Part shown: piece after piece, positions 42,233 through 54,727 of the stretch
Layout of the letters: every line of letters starts with the position of its first letter
How positions within the stretch are numbered: the first letter of the stretch is position 1
NCBI RefSeq assembly: GCF_009914755.1
Contig: NC_060941.1
Reading direction: 5' to 3' (one strand)
From: the human T2T-CHM13v2.0 reference genome, Homo sapiens
Length of the DNA stretch: 64,000 nt
The notes under the pieces: generated by a model
Database searches by the model: none
What the model saw: only the letters and a program-made list of their open reading frames with translations
What the model was told of the DNA's origin: nothing
Position numbers and translations under genes: made by a program

Positions 42233-43196
42233 TAAGTGCAAGCTATGAAAGGATTTTAAGCAGGGGAGTTTTCTAACCCAATGTACATTTTGAAAAAGAT
42301 CATCATGTCTGTTGAGAAAAATAAGAGATAAGGCAAGATTATCAGTTATAAGATTACATAGAGGCCTGGACTAGAGGAGTGGGTGGCAGTGAATAAAGTG
42401 AATGGATTGGAGATCAATTTGGGGGACTGAATCTATAGAATTTACTGACAGGTTAAGAGAAAGGAAAAAAATCAAGAATTATTTCCAAGTTCTGCCTTGA
42501 GCACTGAATGTACGGTACATAGGGAGGTTGGGAGGGAGAGGCTTCAGTTCTGGACCTATGAAGTTTGAGGTGTTTGTGAACAAGCTAATAGAAGATGTCA
42601 AGAGCACAGAACACAGATGAGAGACGGGAACTTGAAGGTTATTAGCATATAGTTGTTAAGGCCACTGAAATGCAGGTAATCACTTAACAGAAACATGAAT
42701 ACAGAAAAAAAAGTGGGGGTAGACTCCAGTGTTCAACGTGAAACAGAGGAGCTAGTGGAGAAAACAGAAACTAACGTGGAGAAGTAGAAGTGGAAGAAGC
42801 AGGAGGAAAACTGGGAAGATACAGATAATTCGGTAAGACAGCATGAAAGCGTTATTTGCAGTGATGAATATCTAGCTACCTGGTGAAAAGCAATGAAGAC
42901 TAGCTAGTCAGGGTAATAAAAAAGAGGGAACTAAAACAGAATTACAGAGTGAACAGAATTATACTGTGAGAAATCCAACTTCTTCCATGTAATTCAGTAA
43001 ACTCTTACATATCTACAGAAAATATGTAAGGAGTAGGTAAAATATATTTCCTGATACATCCTATACAAAAGTGTCTTATTTCAGGTTTTCTTCTAAAGAG
43101 GGAAAGACAAGTCTATGAAACATTCTAGAATATGAGGTAGGCTATAGACAGTCATCTATAGGACTTTTCCCAACAGTTAATGTTTTGCAAATTTAA

Positions 43197-43570
<374 letters not shown>

Positions 43571-44808
43571 TAGTTTCAAATAAAAATCCTATTTGAAGAG
43601 CTTGAAAAGAATGTTGTATAATTATTAAGTCTGCACAATTAAATGGTACCTAACCTCCCAAGTAAATGGAAGAACGATTTTTATATTCTGAGAAATAGCA
43701 GATTTCTAATATAAAAGCAGGTGCAGATTATCTTGAGAAAATTTTCTAATGGATTGAGATTATTTATACTGATTTATATTTAGAACATTAAAAATTATCA
43801 CTTTTTACTTTAAAGTGAACTTGGGTTTATCTTCTAGGTTTGTAATGTCCCTAAACTACTCATTCAGTTACTTAACTATTTGGCTGAAGATAATATTTAT
43901 CATTCAACAGCAACAGGGCAAAGACGATGTTGAAATCTGCTTTCATAAATGACTTTTTTCCAGATCAATAGCAGAGTAAGGGGAACTATTTTAATGCAAA
44001 ACAAGTCATTGTTTTAAAGTTATGTTGTTTTCCTTTTTAAAAAAAAAACGGTTTGAATTAACTGCCTATGCTTCATTACCCTGCAATGTACTTCAACACA
44101 TTTACACTGCAAGAAGAATATGTAATAAAAGAGAAGCTGCATCTTCAAATCTTTCTTGTCAAATTTGAAGAGACACCAATCAACCAAACACCTCACTAAT
44201 AGTCATGAGACTGCTGTTTTAATTAGCTGGTGATATTTCTGACTAAGACTCTCAGATGATGAAACTGTTTTTCCTTGTATTGAACCAGCTTGGCCCAGAC
44301 TAGCCTGTCCTGCAGTGACATGTATATTGAATACAAATCAGACAGCACAGCTTTAAATCTGTGTTGCAGCTCTCATTTCCAATTCGAGAACTGTACTATA
44401 ATCATAAGCTTCTGGTGGATGAAAGGAAATCAGCTCTCTGAATATTAGCTAATGCCACATTTGCAAGTCCTGAAGAGATCTGTGCTGTTAAAAAAAATAG
44501 ATCATTTCACGTGAACCTATATATATGAATTGCTTTGTACTGCTCAACTGATAGAAGCAATGCCTGTGCTGGGATTAAACCCTTTTCATCATAAAACCTC
44601 ATCTGGTTCGGAGTCCAAGTCCATCAAACCTTTTCCCTTTAAAGTCCCGCCTTTGGTTCCACATCAATTTATTCAAACCGCAGCTGGGTGGCTGAAAACG
44701 AAAGGACAGCATCATTTAAACCAACCATGTTCCTAACTTGAAAGAGGGGCTATAATTAAAAAAATGGGCATAAAAGAATGGAAATGGGATAATATTTTTT
44801 AATGGTAG

Positions 44809-44848
44809 TTCAAAGGCTGACAGATGTCAGAGCCTTTGAAGATGTCAG
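44809..44848. promoter_or_regulatory. Palindromic TCF/LEF pair enclosing a TGACAGATGTCA TALE/E-box core (candidate enhancer core)
   Basis: TTCAAAGG-CTGACA-GA-TGTCAG-AG-CCTTTGAA; function inferred. Confidence 0.5.
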
Positions 44849-45704
44849 TACACTGAGTAAGAAGTTGCCATAAAAGAGCTTGCCAGAGAGGTGAAGCAGC
44901 TTTTTAATGGCTAAAAAAACCCTTGCAGACACATCCTTGTGTTTTTAATTTGTCAGAGTTTCTGCAGTATTTTCTGATTAATGACACATGATTATAACGG
45001 CATAGCAGGCATATTTTTATACTTGGTTAAATGAATAGTTTATTTCACATTCTTTTAGAGCTAGATAAGAATAGGGACACTTTCCTAGGAAGTCCAAAAC
45101 TATTCTGATTGATTGACATATTTATGCTAATTTTGTGGGACTGGCCCAATTCGGAATTACTATATGTTGCCAGCTTTTGTTCTTTAATAGTCTGTTTGCT
45201 AATAACATTACAATTCACATGTGGTAGTTAAAATGCAATTCACTACAGTTTCATTCTTTTCATGTACATGGAACAATATGTGCCTGAATAATTAATTTGT
45301 GCACCAAGTCATGTCAAACCAAATTAATGTTTTAAGACATTCCTGAGCTCAATCTACACAACCGCGGGCTGCCATAGGGTTCAGAAGAGAAAGGGTTGCT
45401 TAGGGGAAAAAAATGCAGCTATAACTATAATATAACATTAATGCTTACTCAAAAAAACGAGCTGGAATACTATGTGCAAAATGCTGGGGGACACTCTTCT
45501 AAGATTTGGGGGAGGGACTTAGAGTATTTCCAAACTATATGCCCTTCTAAATAGTTCTAACATGTCAATTTGATTTGTTCTGTGAAATTGCCCTCACAAT
45601 ATTCATGAATGTTAACCACAAGTCTCTAGTGAGTAGTAGCAAGAAAAAAAAAACAGGTTTCCCCACCAATGGATATGCCTGTAACTTATAACCATGATGA
45701 GGTG

Positions 45705-45870
45705 CAGGGGAGACAGAGTTCATGGCTTTGAAGTGAGACACATTCGGGTTCACATCCTAGCCCTTGCACTTAAGAGCTGCATAGCTTGGGTCTGTCTTCC
45801 CACCTGTAAAAACTGAGACAATACATAAGTGCCTCCTCCCAGAAAGCATGTGAAGGTGTCTAGCACGTAA
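45705..45870 (+). mobile_element. MIR
   Basis: atggctttgaagtgagacacattcgggttcacatcctagc...cacctgtaaaaactgagacaata. Confidence 0.7.
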
Positions 45871-48505
45871 TATTGTTCCTTTCTCAAACTACATGATATA
45901 CAGAAAATTTTAAATTAGGCCATTTTCTGATTGAAAATGTTTATATATCACAAAATCACATTTTAATGAGAATAACCATTCTTTTAAAAGTGGATGTTGA
46001 CATTTCCCACCGCTTCAGGACCAATAGATTTTAAGTACTGTCTCCATCCTTATGTTGTAATCTTATATGACCATGACTGGTCAAACCTGCAAGCATACAC
46101 CTGTTTGTGTCTGACATCTAACCTTCAGCCCAGTGCTACAAGCACACCCATGGAAGCAGCTCAGCAAATGCGGTGCTAGGGCTCAGGCAGGGATGCAGGA
46201 GAGAGATAATATTCTCACGCAAGATCAGGCAAGAGACCTAGGAAGCAGAGAGGTGGAGTAGGCAGTGCCCCCAACCCAGAGAGAGCAGATCTTGCAGCAG
46301 GCAGGAGCCCTGCAGCCTGATCCTGAAGAAGCTGACCTGCAGTCCTCTTGCCACCCCTCAGGCTTTCTCTGGAAACAGGAGCATCTTGGGGTTTACCTTC
46401 CTCATGGAGGGGGTGTTTCCTCTTTCAGGTCTCTATGTGACTATAGTTTTGTATCACTAACACTGGGGACAATTTCAAAGCAGGTAAAGTTTGCCTTAAG
46501 CGTCTTTCTACCCCCTTGTTTGCACTTCCCTGTTTTTTTTCTTGCCTTGCTCCAACCCACCTCCAGATGTCCACGTCTTCCAAAAACTCCCCCAGGGCAT
46601 CCCACCAGGAGGTTATCTTCCAGCAATATCACTCTTCCTTCTCCCTTTACAGTCTTTCCATACATCAGAACTCCCATTTCTTGAGTGTAATGGATTTCAG
46701 CTTGATGAGAGCAATTTAATTAGAAATAATTTCACAATATGGTACGTACAATAGCTATTTTCCTGCCCAATTCAATGTTGTTCAGATCTTCCCTTTGCTA
46801 TGAAGACTCCCCCGTTTCCTTCAGGCAATCAGTCTTCTGGCTTGGGGTACAGGGCAGATAGCCTTTATCCTACTTATCATGCTACATCCACTTGCTAAAT
46901 TTTCTGCTAAGAATCCTTGCAGGGGAGGCCTTTGTCTTGTTTTTGTATACCTCCTCTTAGCGCAGTGACTGCTACACAAAGGTGTTCAACAAATGAAGGA
47001 ACAAAGAGATCAATGAAAGAAGATTCAATTTCATCTTTAAGATGATCTTTTTTTTTTTACCATATATCATTATTCATTTAAGTTTTAATACTGTTCAGGA
47101 ATTATCTATTCAGGTATCCATTTTACTGTATATATTTATCCATTTTGAATTTTGGAATGCATTCATGAGTTACTTATTCAAGGCAAATGCATTAAATTAA
47201 AATCAAGAAAAGGGCAAGCAAGAGACAGAATGTTACTCAGCCCAAACAAATTCTACTTAGAGATACTTCAAGCAATGTAATGGACAGATTCCGGGCACAG
47301 TAAAGTATGTGGGGTAGGAGCATTCTTAAAACCGAGTGACTCAGTCTAGGAATCTGGGCATTTTAGAGGAGCTTCCATGCAGCTTGTGGTTGGAAGCTCC
47401 TTATCTCCCATTAGCTGATCCAAGATATGTTCTCCCGCTGATCAGCTCCTCAAACTCTTGGCTCTTAGATAGGCCCAGGCAAAACCTATTCCTTTTTTCC
47501 TGTCAGAATTGAGTTTGTGCTTCATTGGGTGATCCTGCCAGTTAATCCCTGCTTCCCTAGGTGAGGCGTGAAGGCTTTCTTAGTACCTAATTGGCAAAGT
47601 TCTCTGTGGACATGAAACCTTACTGGTCTCAGGAGCAACCATAGGACTGGAGATGCTGGACTGGTTGGGTGTTGTATTGATCCTCCCCATATCACTAAAC
47701 AAGCCCGGTTTACTGCTGCCTGAAAATCATGCCTGTGTCTGTCAGTAATGGCCCGAGTTGCTTCCTTCAACTGGATCTCGTTTTCCACCTCTAAAATGGA
47801 CTCCCTGATCTCACAGCCCACAACCACTTCAGAATTAGGTGAGAAACAGCCAGTGTTCATGGACTGCTGTTCATTTGGTGTAGTAGTCCATTTATGTATA
47901 ACCACAATTCACAACTCGAGAAAATAAACTAATATTGACAGGGTTATTCAGAAGCATTTGCCCATTCCAAATTCTCACAATAATCCACGAGTTAGGTATT
48001 ATTGTTACTTTTTTCCTGGCTCATGAAATACCACTTTCTCATGGTTCCCTGCCTCTCTCTCTTGACCTACCTTCCCACTTTCTTAGTCTTCTTGTCCAGC
48101 TCTATTTCCTTCACCTTCTCTTTAAGCAGTGTGTCTCTTCTTCTAATTCTCTTTCCCTCCATAGGAGATCTCATCTTCACTGTTGGTATCCATTACCCTC
48201 CATGCTCATGATTCTTTAATCTTATTTTCAATAGAGATGGAGAGCTGTCCTTTGAAGTCAGTCCTATACTTCTGCTTGCTTAAGTAGCATCAACACATAA
48301 ACGTCCTACAGCATGTCAAACCATAACTCAAGGTCTGCTCTCTCTCCCTCACTGCCACATCAACTTTCCCCATTGTCACTGCCTTGGCTAAGGCCCTCAT
48401 CATCTCTCGCGAGGGTGACTCTAACTAGTCACCCAGGCTCCAGTCTCACTGCCTGCTAATTCTTCATCTTCTGCTTAAAATTCTGCAGTGACTTTCGATT
48501 GTTGA

Positions 48506-48718
48506 CAGTTATGGTCTCTAAACTTTTTTGAGACACTCCTATCATAAAATATACAGTGCGCGTATATATATAAATTTGTAACACTATTAATATGTTAAAT
48601 ACATTATACAAATTTGCACAAAGTAAGTATTTTTAAAGACAAAATTCAAACACACATTAACAGAAGTTCTGGGTTTTTTCTTTCTATACCCTAGTGAACC
48701 CCACTTGGGAGAACACTG
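48506..48718. mobile_element. Non-autonomous hAT-Charlie-like element within L2 remnants
   Basis: TIR-like ends cagttatggtctctaaactttt and ttgggagaacactg; subfamily unknown. Confidence 0.45.
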
Positions 48719-49569
48719 CTCTAAATAATTACTAAGTGGGATAATAAGTGTAACAAGTGGAATATTAAAGTGGAGGAATGGTAGAGGCATTGCAGATGGC
48801 AGCACAGACAGTATAAACCACAAACTGGAGATCACTGGCCAAGCGGACCCAGTCCGAACTTCTCAACATGGTACGTGTTCTTCATATATTAATCATGCTA
48901 CTCTTTCTGTTTAGAATGCTTTTTCCATTCTAATTTGCAGAGAACATTTCAGTCATTTTTTAAAACTCAAAGCATCTGATGTCTACTCTAATGGAACCTC
49001 TTCTGATGACCTCCTCAGACCTGATGCCCCCACATCCCATAACTTCCATCTCTACTTTTCTTGGGATCAAAGCTTCATTATGACTTTGTTGTACTTTGCT
49101 GTAACTCTGGCAGGCCTGAAGGGTAAGCACGCTAGAGTAGGCCGCAGAATATAACCTTCTATTTCCATACTCCCTCTGTCATTCTCAGAAAGATGCTGGC
49201 ATTGTCACCAGTTACATACCTGGTGGACAGGCAGGTGTACAGTCAATGTTTCTAGACAGTAGAAATGGACCAAGGGGATATTAATCTCCTTCCATACCAA
49301 AGAATGGTAAAGAACATTCCTTAAAGGGCCTGATTAAATCATCACAACAATCCGGTGATATCATCAGCAAAGGGTGCCTTCATAACAATGTGCGAGCGAG
49401 GGGAGCTTGTCCTTCTGACCAGGGTTATTGTTACTGTGTCTCCTATACCACGCAGCCTTTGATGTGTGGTAAGATGCGTCCTCTGTCTACGTTAAAGGAA
49501 GACATTCTTTACTCATATCTGTTGGTATGAATTATAGTATTCTCCATTTATGACAGATGCACAATGCCT

Positions 49570-49690
49570 GTTTCCCCATAGACTGTAAGCTTGAGGGAGA
49601 AACCATTCCTTTTTTATATACGTAGGTCCGGCATAGGGGCCTGGCTCATAGTAGGAGCTCAATGAATGCCACTAAATGAATGAATGGATA
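49570..49690 (+). mobile_element. L2 3' end
   Basis: tagactgtaagcttgaggg...gcctggctcatagtaggagctcaatgaat...aatgaatgaatgga. Confidence 0.75.
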
Positions 49691-49879
49691 TCACAGGTGT
49701 GGAAAATGATGATTGGGGGTATTAAGGTAATTAGCTAATATGAACTCAGGTTTATAGAGCCAGTAAATGATAGAGACTGGCCATGAACCAGCATCTCTAT
49801 CTTAATATTCAATAAGAAATTGGTAATTGCATCTGGGCCCATGCTTTAATTATTATCTATATGCTCAGTTCGCATCTCT

Positions 49880-50800
49880 GGAATCTCAACCTGCATATCC
49901 AACTCGCTGTCTGACACACTTCCCTCTGGATGTTTAACATGCAGCTCACACTTAGCTTGGCAACAAAAGACCTCTTGCTTTTGCTTCTGTTCCCCGGCAA
50001 TCTTCCTCGTATTTGACACCACCATCTATACAGCTGCTCAAACCAAAACTCTAGGAGTTACTCGTACTTCTTCTTCCCCTCATTCCCCACACCCAACCCA
50101 TCTGCAAGTCCTGCTGCCTCACATACGCATGCCATATTGGCATCTAGGACTGTTCACAAACAGAGCGATCTGTAAAAAACATGAATCAAATCATGTCACC
50201 TTACTGCTTACAGCCTCTGTCTTCCCATCACATTTAAAATGCAATTCAAACTCTTCACCAGGGCTTAAAAAGCCCTGTGTCTGCTACTCCCTGCCCCCTT
50301 TCTCATACCTGCTATGCTCATGCCAGACAGGTCTCCTTTTTCATTTCAAGAACACACAAAACTTATTTTCCTACAGGGTCTCTGCACCAATTGTTGCCTC
50401 AGTCTGGCTGGCTTCTTATCAATCAGATCTTAAATGAGATATCTTTTCTTTGGAGAGGCGTTCTCTGATGGCCAGCTAACACAATTGTCACTGTATCATA
50501 TCTCTCAATTTTAATTCTCCACCTACAAGTTATTGCTATGTGATACTCTCCTTGTTAATTTGGTTTTTGTCTTATGATCTGTCTTCCCCAATGCAACTGT
50601 AATTTCCTTTAGAGCAGAGTACTGGTCTATCTTGCACTGGGTACAGGAATACCCTTACGGCCATATAGGCCATGCCCTGTACAACTCTGGGGCAACATTC
50701 ACATAAATCAGGATGTGAAAGGCACCTCCTAAAGGTGTGCATGCCCAGCCCTAGGGCCCGGCACAGGGTAAGCACTCCAAAATTCTTAATGAAATGAAGT
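49880..50800 (+). mobile_element. L2a fragment to 3' end
   Basis: gctcaaaccaaaactctaggagt...aaatcatgtcacc...gcccggcacagggtaagcactccaaaattcttaatgaaatgaa. Confidence 0.7.
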
Positions 50801-53639
50801 TGAAAAAAGTTAATGTCTGCCTCATTTTTGGCCAGCAAACTTACATGGAAATAAATTTGATTTACATATTATCTGAAGGGTCATAATTATAAAATGTCCA
50901 AGTCACAGAGTTCCATGTTTTTCTATATTAATTTGAAACAATGAGATCTCAAAAAGCAATCAAAACAGTTAACAATAATTATGATTTTTCTTGAGATTTA
51001 CTCTACTACTCTTGTTCCTGAATTGAATAATGTTTTTACGAAACACCAACATTATGGCAGTAGATGATGATTTTTTTTTTTTATTGTGTGCCACTAGAAA
51101 TGGTTAGAGAGGTGACATCACAGGAGCGCATTTCCAAATTTTGCCCCAAGTCTGAAACATCTATGTACAGTCCGGGCTTTAACAGGGGAGCCTGGAACAC
51201 ACTGCAGCTCTTGAACTCATGGCATTTGTCTAACGACAGCTTTGGCAGTAATTGGTGGATAAGCAGTAATTGGTGGATAATTGAAGAGCAAAAGTTTTCA
51301 ACCCTCACACTCCACTTCTCTTGTTGTGCCTGTCAACGTCACTATAACTGGAGCTATCATTTTAGCCAACAAGTGAGGATAACATTTACATTTCAAAAAA
51401 TTAGCTTTTCAGGAAACATTTGGTGAACACATGCATTTTGTACATTAAATGACATCTTTGAAAATAACGAAATAAGTAAGGTCCCACTTGACCCTAGGGA
51501 TCTGGGGTTTGTTTTCGTAATAAATACTGACTTAAGGAGCAAACTTAAGATGAATGAATCACCACTTTAATTTTAACCTTTTTAAAGACCTGCGACTTTC
51601 AGGTCTTTCCACTGGAAAATCCCCTTGTTTTAAGATGGTGGGCCTGGCTGAACTACTGGATCTCTGTTCACTGAAGGCTCTTCTGTATCACAGAGCCACA
51701 GTTATCCAGTGAAACGACACACACACTCCTCGAGACTAGTGCAGCATTACAACTGTCCCTACAAACAAGGGAAGAGACCTAGATCCAGGTCACATCATTC
51801 AGCACACTTCAATCTCTGAGGACACCATTAACTCATATTCAAATGTGACTAATACTTTCAGTATTACTTGACTAATACTTGACTTCATACCTAAGCAAAA
51901 CAAATAAAAATAAACCAGAAAAATAACACATTTTCAAACCCTGGAAGTCTAATTGTGTATTGTTTCTTTGTGATTTCTTATGATTTTTCCCAACCTCCCA
52001 ATAAACAAATATCCAAAAGCACTCAAGAGATCAAGACGTAATTTAAAATAATTATTAAAACAAGTGAAAAAGTATAATTTTCCTTGAATTTTAATATTTG
52101 TTTCAACTAAAAAACATTATCTCAAGTTGCACACTAACCTACTGATTCAATACTTGGGGGCTCAATTCAGCCCATTTTTATTATCTAAAACTTTCTACTT
52201 AATGACAATATTTATAAAATATTTTCTGTACACAAATATTACAATAGTTCGAAAACAGACCATTATTTTCATACAGTGCTGTGTTCTCTTCTCCAAATAG
52301 GCATTTAAGGTCTCCCTGACACCAATTTGTGACATTTTTGTCATGAAAAAAGCTCAGGTGTTAAATATCTTTCATATCATGCAAGTAGGCATGATTCCAA
52401 TTAGTCCTGAATGGGAGACAAAATGACAGTTTAATAAGCTTCAATTTGCCAGCTCTTTGAACATTTGATGATATCACCATTTTGCCCATCATTTCTTGCA
52501 CTTTGGCTTCAACCTCTCTGTCACAAAAAATTACCACAAATATACAAATGAAGACATCAGGGATGTCTCTTACAGAACCGATTGAGTCAGAAATCCAAAA
52601 ATGACTTTTCCAAGACATTAAGGAAGAAGAGTTATTCATCCAATACTTTCTCAGAGATAATTTCTGCCAATATTCCTAGTAATTTCTTCGAGGCCTAGGT
52701 GAAAAGGAGAAGGAAGAGTAATATGCTAAAAATAACTCAAGGCATATTTCCTTATGTCAATGGAAATGACATTCTGCATGCAGAATAATGCTTTTTCTCT
52801 GGAGTATTTATTTTAGAAAAGAATTCATCTTAAAAGTCTTTACTTTGAGCAAAATAGCTCTAGGATGAAGCTAACACTGCATCAACATAAATTGTTTTTG
52901 AGGAGTCTAGAAGAAACACATTTTCTAATTATACCCTTGTATCGGTATGAAAAAATCTCCAGGTTTGAACTTCATAATCCTTGACCTCATTTCTAAGTGG
53001 CTTTTATTGGATTCTGTCATGCAATAGGATCCTCATTCAGGTTCCTTTAGGAAAAAAATACTAACAAACATTGAACTCTGAGAGTTAAAATTTCATTCTA
53101 TAAAATGAATGGATCATATGTAATATTCCAAATTAGTATGTGAATATAACAAATATCCACAGATCATAAACCATTCACAAAAAAACCATACCTTACCACT
53201 ACTAAATGCAAATTCCTACGCTGTTTTTATCAAGACTGGTAGGCCTCATTGACCTAAAAACTTGGTGGATTCTTACTCTGGGCACTCCTTCTTATTTCAG
53301 CAATAATGTGAAACCAAAAGTGAACCCATTTCAAAATGTACTCACTACTCACTGTTCTATTCTACAAATTCTGAAACTTGTTGGAAGAAACTATATTCCG
53401 AAGAAAATATTAAGGATTGCATATCTCTTTAGAGTTTAATTTACCTCAAAAGAAAGACATAGTCATGGCTTGTGGTCTTGGAGAAAGAGTGAAACTACCG
53501 GCTAATACTTGATTTGGATATATGTAGTTTGAATTATGACTATCAGTATTTTAAATCTATTAAGGTAGTGACAATCCAAAATTAGCAATATAATGGATTT
53601 ATGCAGAATAAATAAAATTCAGAGACAATGTGCTCATAC

Positions 53640-53885
53640 ACTAGCAGGCATATGGGGTAGAGGACTTTGCTATGAGTTGGGCAATTTATTTATGCTTTCT
53701 GAATCTTTCTTCATTGGTAAAATGAAAATACATATAGTCATCTTCTGACCCAGGTAAAAAGATCAAAACAGAGTTTCTAGATAGGAAATGTCATCCTCAT
53801 AAGGTATTAAAGGGTTGCATAAGAGAATGCAATGCAAAGGACCCAGCAGAGAGCTTGGCACATGGAAAGCACACCATAAATACTT
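53640..53885 (+). mobile_element. MIR
   Basis: ttgggcaatttatttatgctttctgaatc...gtaaaatgaaaata...aaaggacccagcagagagcttggcacatggaaagcac. Confidence 0.65.
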
Positions 53886-53921
53886 GTTGTTGTTGTTGTT
53901 GCTGTTGCTACTGCTGCTGTT
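53884..53921. repeat. (TTG)n/(CTG)n compound trinucleotide repeat at the MIR tail
   Basis: ttgttgttgttgttgttgctgttgctactgctgctgtt. Confidence 0.9.
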
Positions 53922-54199
53922 AAACACATACAAACATAAAAACTCAGTGTTGTTGGAGGAGCTACTACATACTCAAACTAGAAATCAAGCAGCATTATTC
54001 AAGCATTATTATGACTTTGAAGCAACATCAAATATGGCAAATCGCTGAAAGAAATGCAAACTGCTATGAGAAGCTCAGCAGGGGAGCAGAGTACCAGTGT
54101 CTCTCTCTCCCACACCAGGCAAAGATTCCTATATAATCCTGTTCCTTTTTTGCCATGTCCAAGTCTCTCCAAAAATCTAAAATCTTTCTTGGAGGAAAC

Positions 54200-54312
54200 T
54201 ATGATAGAAAGAGCACTAAATTCAGATTAAGAAGCCCTGGTTTGCTAGTTCTGTGACCTTAGGCAAGAGATTGTCCTTGAATCATAGGTTTCTTATCTGT
54301 AAATGGAATACA
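54200..54312 (+). mobile_element. MIR fragment
   Basis: tagaaagagcactaaatt...ctgtgaccttaggcaag...tttcttatctgtaaatggaata. Confidence 0.7.
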
Positions 54313-54713
54313 GTTGGATGTGGTCATCTCTTTAGATTACTTTATCTGACTATCCTACTGCTAGATACTTACACACCTGATATAACTAAAGGCTTCATGT
54401 TGGCAGAACATATGGTATACAATGACTTGTGGTCCCTTGCAACCCTCCCAGTTCTCACCACTGCAGTGATCATATTTTACTCCCTATTTAAAATCTCTTC
54501 CATATTTAATTACCTCTTCTTCAAGAACAATTTTAATATTTCTAAAGAAATCCATTAAATATAATGAGAACAAAAGACAGATTTTTAAAACAATCATTAT
54601 TAGTTGACACAAAGTTACTAATGCAAATGGAATACTTTATGGTATTATTTAGAAGGTTTGTCTTTAAAAGAAATGCTCCCTATCTAAAAGTGGACCAAAT
54701 ACCACAGAATGTA

Positions 54714-54727
54714 GTTTCCATGGTAAC
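54714..54727. promoter_or_regulatory. RFX X-box motif GTTTCCATGGTAAC
   Basis: Matches the consensus GTTNCCATGGNAAC; function untested. Confidence 0.55.

Noticed and set aside
53815-54048. Poly-leucine ORF resembling a signal peptide
   Set aside because: Produced by a TTG/CTG repeat at a MIR tail; intronic, short and interrupted.
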